From positions 1-57,072 of the IMG/VR virus record IMGVR_UViG_3300020401_000021: 57,072 nt of DNA. The stretch is one strand, 5' to 3'. The DNA comes from a virus (lineage: Duplodnaviria > Caudoviricetes). The position numbers and the translations under genes are program-made. Positions 8,900 to 17,739 of this stretch are shown piece after piece (position 1 is the first letter of the stretch; each line of letters opens with the position of its first letter). The notes under the pieces are model-generated. The model was not told the origin of the DNA. It was given only the letters and a program-made list of their open reading frames with translations, and ran no database searches.

Positions 8900-10417
8900 T
8901 TATTTGTCCTTATGAGTTAGAAATGCAAAAGAGATAATCGTGATGTTGCTCTCTTGATCTGTTTCCTCAGTTCTAAATCGGAGCATCACTCCCCGAAAAA
9001 CGTGGTTAAACGGAAAGGTGTAGTCTGCTTTTAGAGGCTGATCGCCCCAAAGCTTGTCACCTTCAAGCCTGTCTAAGTTTACTTCTAGCGAAGCCATGTC
9101 TGTTCCGTTTTCATCAAACGCATCAACAAAAAATCGACCTTTACCAGAAGCTTGAACTATAAATGTGTGGCAACGCTTTGTTGCCATAAAGTCTCCCAAC
9201 CATAGCACTGGTGTTTCGGCCACCATTTGGGAGCGCCGCAAATCAGCAGTCCCTGTTTCTATATTGAAAGACCTATCAAGCGTTTCATAAACGCCATCAC
9301 TTGTTCCCATCATTAAACGGCCACCAAGAAAGTCGCCGCATCTAGGGAAAAGTGTATCTCCTAGCTGAAAATTAACAGCTTCATAACCTTGTCTGAAATT
9401 CATAGAAAGACGCTTGGTTAACTGATTACCTTTGCGTGGAAAAAATACGTGATACGTTTGGGTGTCACTGTCGTAAACTGCTTTAATTGCAGATTGATCT
9501 GGCGTTGTTTTGACAAGTTCCTGATAAAGCGGCTCTATCTCTTCAGACAAAGACGCTTCCGCAATAGTCACACCATTTTGCTCTGAACGCATAATAGAGT
9601 GAATACCCCGACGTGAGCAGAACAAAAGGTCAGAACCAGCGTTAGCAATTGTACCGTGTGCTATACAGCCAATGCGAAGATTAGCACGGCTGTCCAATGA
9701 CCATTGAGTGTAGTCTGGGTCTAAAATGTAAACAAGCGTCTGGTCATTAGTAAACACAGCCAAACGGTTTGCTTCAAATGTACCAAGACCCGTAATGACA
9801 TCGGCCGTACCAATAAGATCGCTAATGTCTATAAAGAAAGCTTTGGCTGTTGAGGTGTCGCTTTCTTCATCAGTAAAAATGTTAGGATCATCAACCCTGC
9901 TAAACTTAATTACATTTGGCTCATTTTTAAATCCAGCAATAGCTAATCGTCTTTGAATAGCAACGCCAAATGATGGTCTTGCATTAGCTGTTGAAACCCC
10001 AAAGTTTGTACCGTTAAAGTCTTTAATAGGATTGTCAGCACTAAAAATTCTTACACGACCTTTAAAGTTTGTCATGTGTATGACTGAGCCTTTTTCGTAA
10101 GCATCGTTTAATCTTACGCCAGTATCAGAAACTAAATTAACTCTAGCACTATCTTCTTCTGCAAAGACTAAATTTTCTCTACTCCAAAAACGTAATGCTG
10201 TAATTGGAAAGCGAGAAGCTCCGACATATAAATAGCTAGCTGGATCGCGTGATAGTTGCCCACGGTAATCAACGCTACAGTTTTCCAAATTCCAAAAGTG
10301 CTGGTTTTCTTTTGTCTCCATAGCAGTGATGTCATGCGAACGGTCAATACCCCTAAAACCGTAGTAGGTATTCTCGTTTGATTTGACAGCTATTGGAGCA
10401 TAAGAAAGCCTAGACAT
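8900..10417 (-). CDS. Tail nozzle / DNA-stabilisation protein (P22 gp10 / tail tubular B-like beta-propeller)
   Basis: 505-aa beta-rich ORF after the adaptor; RLAIAG..NVIKFS, ITGLGTF..RLAVF, IGCIAHGTI motifs. Confidence 0.7.
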   Translation of the reverse strand: MSRLSYAPIAVKSNENTYYGFRGIDRSHDITAMETKENQHFWNLENCSVDYRGQLSRDPASYLYVGASRFPITALRFWSRENLVFAEEDSARVNLVSDTGVRLNDAYEKGSVIHMTNFKGRVRIFSADNPIKDFNGTNFGVSTANARPSFGVAIQRRLAIAGFKNEPNVIKFSRVDDPNIFTDEESDTSTAKAFFIDISDLIGTADVITGLGTFEANRLAVFTNDQTLVYILDPDYTQWSLDSRANLRIGCIAHGTIANAGSDLLFCSRRGIHSIMRSEQNGVTIAEASLSEEIEPLYQELVKTTPDQSAIKAVYDSDTQTYHVFFPRKGNQLTKRLSMNFRQGYEAVNFQLGDTLFPRCGDFLGGRLMMGTSDGVYETLDRSFNIETGTADLRRSQMVAETPVLWLGDFMATKRCHTFIVQASGKGRFFVDAFDENGTDMASLEVNLDRLEGDKLWGDQPLKADYTFPFNHVFRGVMLRFRTEETDQESNITIISFAFLTHKDK

Positions 10418-10971
10418 TAGTAGCCACTAGACGAAACCGTAGTTACGTTCCCTGATGTTGTCGTTGTAATTGTAGTTGTGTTTCCATTTGTAGTGGTTGT
10501 GCCTGTTGCAGCGCTGGTTGTAGTTGTCTTTTCATCTTTTGACGACTTGTAAGACTTGTTGCTGCCACCGTCTGTAATATCTACGCAAAGTTTTTGGTTG
10601 CCATATTTTCTTTCGTAAAGAATGTCAGACATATTTGATTGATACAGACGCATTGCCAGCACTGCTTTCTCACTAGCTTGCTGGATCATGTAGTGTGCTG
10701 TCAGCCCATCAATCATAATAATATCAGGCACAGCGCGAGTTTGTGTTTGGTCTATATAATAATCAATGTCGCCGCCTTCCCAATATGGGTGGCGGCGTAT
10801 GTCTTCAATAACCCTGTTAGCAAGCTCAATCATTAGCATCATAACTTCGCCATCTACCCTTGCTGGTGAAAAGTTACCTGATCTAACAAGTGCGCTGCGT
10901 ACTAAGCTCTCTAATGGTGAGTGAGAGTTTCTTCCAGCAGCAAAAGGTTTTTGTACGGAATACTCTGCCAT
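10417..10971 (-). CDS. Head-tail adaptor (tail tubular A-like), Thr-rich C-terminus
   Basis: Helical 184 aa between capsid and nozzle genes. Confidence 0.6.
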   Translation of the reverse strand: MAEYSVQKPFAAGRNSHSPLESLVRSALVRSGNFSPARVDGEVMMLMIELANRVIEDIRRHPYWEGGDIDYYIDQTQTRAVPDIIMIDGLTAHYMIQQASEKAVLAMRLYQSNMSDILYERKYGNQKLCVDITDGGSNKSYKSSKDEKTTTTSAATGTTTTNGNTTTITTTTSGNVTTVSSSGY

Positions 10972-11306
10972 TAGTCATCCTCAACTGGTATAATCCGACC
11001 TGACCAAACATGATGGTGCATCTTCATTGCTTCAAATAATCGGGATGGAACTTTCCAAGTAACGTATTGCCTATCAGCATCCCAGATACCTCTAACTCGA
11101 ACATCATCTCCGATACGCACATCATAAGCTGCGTTCTCTGGGTCTGCGCTCACAAACCATGAAAATTCTGGGGCATCAGTCTTTTTAGCTTTTGCCTGTT
11201 TTGCTTTCTTTGATGGTTCTTGTTCATACGCTTCATTAACGTCAGGTGTAGATGGATCATCCTTTAGGTAATGACCTTTTGAATTTCTTGCTCGTTTTGC
11301 AGCCAT
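10971..11306 (-). CDS. Hypothetical virion-associated protein
   Basis: 111 aa; AGGAG RBS; RARNSKGHYLKDDPSTPDVNEAY N-terminus. Confidence 0.7.
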   Translation of the reverse strand: MAAKRARNSKGHYLKDDPSTPDVNEAYEQEPSKKAKQAKAKKTDAPEFSWFVSADPENAAYDVRIGDDVRVRGIWDADRQYVTWKVPSRLFEAMKMHHHVWSGRIIPVEDD

Positions 11307-11355
11307 AATAATTACACTCCTTTATTGGGTCATAATTATTTATGGTCTGAATTTT

Positions 11356-11535
11356 CTAAGTAGTCGTCCCTACCCTTGGCTGCATCTGATCTTTAAGTGT
11401 GTAAACATAAACGTGAGCGTTACATTCTGGGCAGCTAAGATTTGTTACCATTGAATAACAGTCTTCTTCTTCATCAATGTCGTGATCTCCACCCCAAATT
11501 AACGGTGTTGCGCAGTGCCAACATTTCATGTGCAT
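11356..11535 (-). CDS. Small Zn-ribbon protein
   Basis: CWHC...CPEC; AGGAG RBS favours a start at 11535. Confidence 0.65.
   Translation of the reverse strand: MHMKCWHCATPLIWGGDHDIDEEEDCYSMVTNLSCPECNAHVYVYTLKDQMQPRVGTTT
11363..11372 (-). promoter_or_regulatory. TAGGGACGAC late promoter-like motif
   Basis: About 57 nt upstream of the 11306 start. Confidence 0.6.
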
Positions 11536-11547
11536 AGTCCTTCTCCT

Positions 11548-11580
11548 AAAAAAAAGAGGGCGCAAAAAGCGCCCCCTTTC
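11548..11580 (-). terminator. Rho-independent terminator after the major capsid gene
   Basis: Minus strand GAAAGGGGGCGC-TTTTT-GCGCCCTC followed by T8. Confidence 0.85.
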
Positions 11581-11603
11581 GTTTCATTTTTTTGACCCAC
11601 TCA

Positions 11604-12770
11604 TTAGGTCAAGTTTGTCCAGTTCTTGATGAAAGTATGAACTTTATCCTGAGTAAGCTCTAGGCCACACTCAGTTAAATATTCATGCTTCTTAGCATCA
11701 AGGTCTGGTGCTTGACGATCCCTTAACAACTGAGTGTCACGACCATCTAGGAAGCGATACTTTAAGTAAGGGAAGTCTAGGATAATCATGGCATTGTCCA
11801 TTCCTGGGACTTGACGGAACTGCGGATGCAGATGAACCATTAAATCTCCAGCGAACGTAGAATACTGAGTAAAATTAATGCCATAACTGTCGTCGATTTG
11901 TGTCGGTGACCAACGGTTTTTACCGATCTTCTGAAGGTGTCCAGCAATTTTAGCGCCACAGAAAGCAAGCTTCTGTTTTGATCCAAATGCAAAGATGTCT
12001 TCAATCAAGAAACGATCAAACTGATCTTCTGACATAGCGTTTGAAGCTGTTGATCTGTCGATAACGTTAGATAGTGTTGTCGTTAGACCGCCAGTAAAGC
12101 GTCTTGGCTGCGAAGTGCTGCCGTTGCTTTCATGCTTCTTGCCAAAGAACATCGCTCTTTCGATGTCTGACATGTGCATCTTCAGTGCTTTGGTAGCCAT
12201 CTCGTCTTCTTTGTCGCCAGTTCTTAAATTTGTGGCGTTCAAAGTTTCTGTGACTTGAAAGCTGGTACGGAAGATTTGCGTGAAGTTCGTAGCAACGCTA
12301 GCATCAAAGCTGACGCCAGTTGGACTTGACGCGCCTTCTTCGTATGCTGACCCTGCGATGAACAACATAGCGCCATCCGCAATAGTATGCGATGTGCCGC
12401 CAATGTTACGCTCAACGGTAAGACCTGTTGCTGTACTGTCAGCAGTACAACGCATAACCTCACCTGTTTCACTGTTCACAATAATTGTGCCAGCTACCGC
12501 AAATAGGTTGTCGTTACCAGCATCAACGGTAATTGCCGTTGTGCTTGCAGATGCAACAGCACCATTTACTGACAACTTCCGATCTGGTAATTCGTCTCTG
12601 AAGTTTTTGTACTCTGGATCATCAGTTCCTTCCGAAGAAGTCATTGATAACAATGCGTTAAGGGGAGCCGACCCGTTAGGTTCCAACAGAGTGAACATCT
12701 CCCGATAGTTCTTAGGGCGAAAGTCGTTAGTAAACTGACCTGTACCCCGTAAGCCTTGAATAGCCGCCAT
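11604..12770 (-). CDS. Major capsid protein (HK97 fold, DUF5309/SU10-like)
   Basis: 388 aa after the scaffold; AYEEGA, NFTQIFR, DIERAMFFG, RFTGGL, TECGLE; terminator follows. Confidence 0.85.
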   Translation of the reverse strand: MAAIQGLRGTGQFTNDFRPKNYREMFTLLEPNGSAPLNALLSMTSSEGTDDPEYKNFRDELPDRKLSVNGAVASASTTAITVDAGNDNLFAVAGTIIVNSETGEVMRCTADSTATGLTVERNIGGTSHTIADGAMLFIAGSAYEEGASSPTGVSFDASVATNFTQIFRTSFQVTETLNATNLRTGDKEDEMATKALKMHMSDIERAMFFGKKHESNGSTSQPRRFTGGLTTTLSNVIDRSTASNAMSEDQFDRFLIEDIFAFGSKQKLAFCGAKIAGHLQKIGKNRWSPTQIDDSYGINFTQYSTFAGDLMVHLHPQFRQVPGMDNAMIILDFPYLKYRFLDGRDTQLLRDRQAPDLDAKKHEYLTECGLELTQDKVHTFIKNWTNLT

Positions 12771-12925
12771 GACTAATTCTCCTGTCTATAGGTTACAAAA
12801 TTTATATTTTTGGTCACTTACGTTTTTTTCGGATCAATCACGCCAAAAAACACAGCCTTCCAGTACCCGATTAATGGAGCCGTAGCGCCTCGGTTACTTA
12901 GAGTAATACATATAGGAAAAAAACT

Positions 12926-12934
12926 GTCGTCCCT
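12926..12934 (-). promoter_or_regulatory. AGGGACGAC late promoter-like motif upstream of the capsid leader
   Basis: Intergenic, just after the scaffold stop. Confidence 0.6.
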
Positions 12935-12938
12935 GTTT

Positions 12939-13979
12939 TTAACCTATTCTGTTTTTCATTGCTTTATCTGCTAGCCTGTCAAACTGTGCTTCAGAAGCTG
13001 ACTTACGAGTGGATTTAGGAGCATTAGCTCCACCACCTGATGGTGAGTTTGACCTTAGATATGATTGTCTACGCTTAGCCATTTCTTGCAAACGGTCAAA
13101 CTCTGGGCTGTTGCGATTGTTTTTAAAATCAGCAACAACTTTTTCAGTCAAACCTTTATCAGCAAAGTCTTCTGCCGTATAACCGCGTTCGCCAGCATAA
13201 GCCATAAATGCTTTTGCATCGTTATCCGCTAACCCATTTGCCTGTTGTGCAGCATTAAGGTTGTTTGCAATTGTCTGGCGTATAGAAGCTGCTCTGTCTG
13301 TTTGAGCATTGCTTGCTGCCCTTTGACCCATTTCAGCAGCGCCTTGTGCGCCTTGCATCATGCTCTGCATAGCTACAGTTTGCGCTTGGATTTGTTGCTC
13401 CATTCTATTCATGCGCTCTGCTGCTTCTCTATATCCTGGGGGTAAGGTAATTGCGTTTTCATCTTCATACTTAGCAAATTCATCTTGCATGTTACGCTGC
13501 ATAGAAGATGGCTGCGATGGCGGTCTTCCTGATGCAACGCCAGCTTCTGGGTCACGTCGCTCACGACCCATTTGAGTATTCTTGGTCATAGCTTTTGCAC
13601 CAGCTTCTAAAAACTTAGCTACCTGTTCGGGTGAATACTTCTTACCGTTAGAAGGGTTCATTAAACCTTCAACCAATTTATTGATGGGAGACATCACTTG
13701 GTTTTTATAGTTAAGGTCTTTGTAGCGCTCAAAAGTTCCAGCTATTTGTGCTGGCGTAAGCTGACGTGTTTGATCGCCCATCTTAACGGAATACATAATA
13801 GCTTCTTCTTGCTGCTTATCGCCTTCGGTTTTTGGTGAAGCTTCCTTTGCAGCTTGCTCTTGTACCGTTGGTTCTTTGCTAGGTTCGGGTTTTTTCTTTG
13901 GTGCGGCTTGTGCTGCTGCTGCTGGTTGGTCGCCCAACTGTTTCGCAACAATGCGTTCAAGCATAGGGTCTTCTGCCAT
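12939..13979 (-). CDS. Capsid scaffolding protein
   Basis: 346-aa Ala/Gln-rich coiled coil directly upstream of the capsid gene. Confidence 0.75.
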   Translation of the reverse strand: MAEDPMLERIVAKQLGDQPAAAAQAAPKKKPEPSKEPTVQEQAAKEASPKTEGDKQQEEAIMYSVKMGDQTRQLTPAQIAGTFERYKDLNYKNQVMSPINKLVEGLMNPSNGKKYSPEQVAKFLEAGAKAMTKNTQMGRERRDPEAGVASGRPPSQPSSMQRNMQDEFAKYEDENAITLPPGYREAAERMNRMEQQIQAQTVAMQSMMQGAQGAAEMGQRAASNAQTDRAASIRQTIANNLNAAQQANGLADNDAKAFMAYAGERGYTAEDFADKGLTEKVVADFKNNRNSPEFDRLQEMAKRRQSYLRSNSPSGGGANAPKSTRKSASEAQFDRLADKAMKNRIG

Positions 13980-13982
13980 TTT

Positions 13983-14258
13983 TTAATCTCCTTCATCTGA
14001 TGGGCCTTGGCGCATCGTGTTTTCTAGGGTTAGATCACCTTCTAGCTTCACAATTAACTTTGACGGTAAGTTTAATAGTTGCTCTGCTGCCCATATCGCA
14101 CCGCGTTGGAAGTCCATTTGCTGCTGCGTCATGTCAGGCTTACGAGCCATTAAAAGAGCAAGTTGTAATATCTCACTCTCCATAACTTTGTTAATTTCTG
14201 CCCAGCCTTTGCTGCTGGCTAGTGATTTTAAATGTTTAATTTCAGCTTCAGTTGTCAT
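13983..14258 (-). CDS. Small helical head-module protein
   Basis: 91 aa; S.GW...FQRG pattern; precedes scaffold. Confidence 0.65.
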   Translation of the reverse strand: MTTEAEIKHLKSLASSKGWAEINKVMESEILQLALLMARKPDMTQQQMDFQRGAIWAAEQLLNLPSKLIVKLEGDLTLENTMRQGPSDEGD

Positions 14259-14362
14259 TTAGATTTTTTAGTTACTAATCCTTTTGGTTTGCTTTTCTTA
14301 ATAGGCTTTCCAGCGTGTATTGTCTTGAAAGCTTTGGTCTTTCCTTCATTCTTTTTTGCCAC
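14255..14362 (-). CDS. 35-aa Lys-rich peptide
   Basis: GTG start after AGGAG; MAKKNEGKTKAFKTIHAGKPIKKSKPKGLVTKKSK; ATGA overlap with next gene. Confidence 0.6.
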   Translation of the reverse strand: MAKKNEGKTKAFKTIHAGKPIKKSKPKGLVTKKSK

Positions 14363-14376
14363 GACTAAATCTCCTT

Positions 14377-15099
14377 TTAAGCAATATCTTTGTATTCGAT
14401 TAAAGTGTCGTCCCTATGGTCAGCACCTTTACCATCCTCGCTAAATCTTTCCATGTAACTTACTTCAGTCTTTAAACGGGCATTGCATGAAAAAATAATG
14501 CGCTCTTTATCGTCTTCATGGGCGTTAGTGTAATGAGGAACAAAAGAAGGAAATACAATCATCATTCCTTTACACGGGCCAACGTATACACTTTCAGAAT
14601 ACAAACCAAACCCAGCTTCGTGGTTCATAGCAAACAAAGGGTACATTGGGTTTTTAAAAATTATTTCGCCAGTACCTTCACTTGCATCACCATAAAAAAC
14701 ACAACTGAGATTTGCGTTTGGATGGATGTGTTCGGGAACATAATGCCCACGACCATAAATAGTACACCAAGAATTACCTATGTCGAAAGTAACAGGGTTG
14801 CGAGCAAACATATTTAAATATTTGCCAATCTGCTTTACAGCAGCGTCGTGCATAAAATTAAAACGTTCGTCAGATACTAAGTTTTGTTTCGCAAAAGAAG
14901 TGTACCCATACTTTTCGTATTCACTTTTATCTTTTGCTAACTTCGATCTTGACCAAGCTTCTGAAACTAAACCGCCATGATCGTCAGCATCACGAAGCTC
15001 TCTGGAAAGACTAGAAAACTTATCAGCAATCTCTTCCCCGTTTTCTATTTCTTCTGCAAGAATAGGTACTCCAAAAGAGTTTATTACAGGATCAAACAT
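14377..15099 (-). CDS. 2OG-Fe(II) oxygenase (TIGR02466-like)
   Basis: HIHP.....CVFY, VFPSFVPH, RIIFSCN; GGAG RBS supports a start at 15099. Confidence 0.85.
   Translation of the reverse strand: MFDPVINSFGVPILAEEIENGEEIADKFSSLSRELRDADDHGGLVSEAWSRSKLAKDKSEYEKYGYTSFAKQNLVSDERFNFMHDAAVKQIGKYLNMFARNPVTFDIGNSWCTIYGRGHYVPEHIHPNANLSCVFYGDASEGTGEIIFKNPMYPLFAMNHEAGFGLYSESVYVGPCKGMMIVFPSFVPHYTNAHEDDKERIIFSCNARLKTEVSYMERFSEDGKGADHRDDTLIEYKDIA
14407..14416 (-). promoter_or_regulatory. TAGGGACGAC late promoter-like motif
   Basis: At the 3' end of the oxygenase, ~45 nt before the next start. Confidence 0.55.
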
Positions 15100-15331
15100 T
15101 GCTCCAATCAACCCCCAACGCTTTTTGGATTTTATCGTTGATTGTATCAACATCTTCCAATGCTAGCGTATATCCACCTGCTGGATTTAACATTATCTTT
15201 GTTATCCACTCAGGTTGAGTTTTCGGTGCGTCGGGTGGCATGGGTGTTCTGTCTGTCATTGTGCAAACAAAATTTTCAACGTTTGCGTAACCTTTTTTTC
15301 CGTTAGGGTCAGTGTAACTAATTACTTTCAT
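15092..15331 (-). CDS. Hypothetical protein
   Basis: 79-aa ORF in the operon. Confidence 0.65.
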   Translation of the reverse strand: MKVISYTDPNGKKGYANVENFVCTMTDRTPMPPDAPKTQPEWITKIMLNPAGGYTLALEDVDTINDKIQKALGVDWSNV

Positions 15332-15339
15332 TTTTAAGT

Positions 15340-15591
15340 TTATTCCTCTGCTGCATCCAATGCGGATTGTTGTGAAGGTGATAAAGGCATGTCTGGCATT
15401 GTTTCTGCATCCATGTCTTCGGTGAAATTGGTAGGCAAGTCTCGCAACGCTTGACGGTACGTTACTAAAGCTGACCTTTTTGAATTAAAGTCTGACCATG
15501 AAGTTGCTGTTTCCAGCATCCTTATAACCTCTACGTCAGAGGCTTTTAACTTTTCATCTCTTGTTGCGCGAATTATATCCTCAAGAGCCAT
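15340..15591 (-). CDS. Tail fibre assembly chaperone
   Basis: R..RD.KL..SD...YRQALRDLP motif; follows the fibre gene. Confidence 0.8.
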   Translation of the reverse strand: MALEDIIRATRDEKLKASDVEVIRMLETATSWSDFNSKRSALVTYRQALRDLPTNFTEDMDAETMPDMPLSPSQQSALDAAEE

Positions 15592-15600
15592 ATTAGCCTC

Positions 15601-17736
15601 CTACGATTGATTATTAATTTCAACACGTTCTGTGGTGTAAGTGTTCGGGAACTGACGTTGCGTACCATTCACTGCACCCCAAATAATGCGTACACATCCT
15701 GGGCCACCTCGACCACCTCCTGGTGATCCATTAGAACCTGATCCACCACCGCCACCGCCATGACAGCCGCCCGAAGCAGCGTAGCTAGTGTTTTCAAAGT
15801 GTCCTCGGCCTGTGTACGGATTTTCACCCCAATCGCCGCGTGTACCGCCGCATCCACCACCACCGCCATAACGGTAGCCGTGAGAGCCTACACTAGAGTA
15901 GCTGTTGGTATCACTTTGTGGGTCGGCTGTGCCGTAAGCATAACCGAAGTCTGACACACCACGACCATTTCCATCTGCGCCAGTACCACCGCCGCCAGAG
16001 CCACCCCAAGTAGATGAATAGTTACGCCCGTTTCTAGAAGCACCAGAATTGCTATTACCGCTACCGTCACTGCCGTTACCACCAGTACCACGATAGCCAG
16101 CAGCCCCACCGCCATAGCCATAACTGCTTGATGATCCACCGTAGTATGCACCAGATGTTCCGTAACCAGTAGATGCTGAAGCTGATCCACTGTCGCCTTG
16201 GTTGTTAAACTGAGCTTGAGCAGAGTGGGTCAAAGCTGAAGAACCACCGTTTGGTTTATTCGCGTTACTTGGAGTGCTGTTACTGTTTGATCTACTACTA
16301 CCAATCCATCCGTAGTTATTGGTTCTACTAGAGTAGTGACCGCCGCCCCATCCAATAACAATATATTCGTTATTACTGTCTCTTAGAACAAAACTATCAC
16401 CAGCACTATATGATGATTGGCTTGGCGTTCGCTGTCTTGCAACGCCAATAGAAATAGTAAAAGTTTCCCCAGGAGTACAAGTAACCTCGTTACAGTAAGC
16501 TAAACCGCCAGCACCGCCACCGTTTCCTGACCACTGATATGTTCCACCACACCCAGCGCCAATAGCAACAACACTAAACTTAGTTACGCCATTAGGTACA
16601 GTCCACCTATATATTTGCTGCACTCCATCATTACTCATAAAGTTGTTTTTATAGTTGGTTGCCATATTAGTTGTCGTTACATTTGCACTGCCTGTAGGAA
16701 GGTTATCAGCGCTAGTATAATTGACAACCCCGTTGTAGGTGGAAGTATATGGCGTTGAGCTACGCCCTGTGTTTGTAATATAATTTAGCGCACCTTGGTT
16801 AATGTTTTGATTATGCCAGTAACTTCCATCTACTTGAGTAGGGTCACTAGCACTTCTATAGTCGCCACCTGAGTAGTTTCGGTATGCGTTAACTGGCCCC
16901 CAATACCTAGAACCATAAGGGTCGCCGTAACCAACACTGCCAGAAAAGCTTTGTGTATAAGTCCCATATTGACCTAAATCTACCTCTATATCGAAACTTA
17001 AGGTAGCAGTTGCGTGTTCTGTATTTGGTGTGTTTTCAAAATAAGCTCGTCCAGCGTTTGCACCAGCAGTTTCAACTTTTAATTCGTAGCCAGTTGGTGC
17101 GCCAGATATATTTGCAATAGAATACCCAACGGCCTGTGCAGCAGTAGGCGCTAAAGTTATGTACTGTTTTGCCGTTGTATTTCTAATAACTCTACTTTCA
17201 GTAAGGTTAGTGTTAGCCCAAGCTGGCGTTGTACCAGTAGGCCAAACATCTACCTCGTAGTCTATATAGTCGTTTGTCCAACCACCCTGATCTACAACAT
17301 AACGCCACCTATATATACCAGCCGTTGCGCCGCTGTTAATTGTGTTTGTCTGAAACTGAACGTAACCAATAGTTCCATCACCGCTATCGTTTTGAAGGTT
17401 TACTTGAAGACCTTGCGGTAATGTAGTGCCGTATCCATTTGGTAATTCGCTAGCATCAGTTACTTGTATAATTGTAGGAGTAGGAGCTTCAAAGGCGTGT
17501 TCAAAATAAACAGTACTATCTCCTTGATTAGCTGATGTAACTTGTAAGCCAGCTTCAAGGTTTATCTTAATAGGGCTAGCAACTGTTTTAGTCCCAGGAG
17601 TATATTCAACACCGCCATTTGTTTTTCTGTACTCTTTCCGCGTGTACCTAGCGTTGGCGCTTGCTGCACCACCACCACCACCAGCTACGTTATAATCACC
17701 GCTGTTTATCTGGTATGAACGTCTTTTCTTAGCCAT
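15601..17736 (-). CDS. Tail fibre with Gly-rich C-terminal domain
   Basis: 711 aa; WTVPNGVTKFSVVAIGAG..GGGAGG..GGGGGG..GCVRIIWG. Confidence 0.8.
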   Translation of the reverse strand: MAKKRRSYQINSGDYNVAGGGGGAASANARYTRKEYRKTNGGVEYTPGTKTVASPIKINLEAGLQVTSANQGDSTVYFEHAFEAPTPTIIQVTDASELPNGYGTTLPQGLQVNLQNDSGDGTIGYVQFQTNTINSGATAGIYRWRYVVDQGGWTNDYIDYEVDVWPTGTTPAWANTNLTESRVIRNTTAKQYITLAPTAAQAVGYSIANISGAPTGYELKVETAGANAGRAYFENTPNTEHATATLSFDIEVDLGQYGTYTQSFSGSVGYGDPYGSRYWGPVNAYRNYSGGDYRSASDPTQVDGSYWHNQNINQGALNYITNTGRSSTPYTSTYNGVVNYTSADNLPTGSANVTTTNMATNYKNNFMSNDGVQQIYRWTVPNGVTKFSVVAIGAGCGGTYQWSGNGGGAGGLAYCNEVTCTPGETFTISIGVARQRTPSQSSYSAGDSFVLRDSNNEYIVIGWGGGHYSSRTNNYGWIGSSRSNSNSTPSNANKPNGGSSALTHSAQAQFNNQGDSGSASASTGYGTSGAYYGGSSSSYGYGGGAAGYRGTGGNGSDGSGNSNSGASRNGRNYSSTWGGSGGGGTGADGNGRGVSDFGYAYGTADPQSDTNSYSSVGSHGYRYGGGGGCGGTRGDWGENPYTGRGHFENTSYAASGGCHGGGGGGSGSNGSPGGGRGGPGCVRIIWGAVNGTQRQFPNTYTTERVEINNQS

Positions 17737-17739
17737 GTT

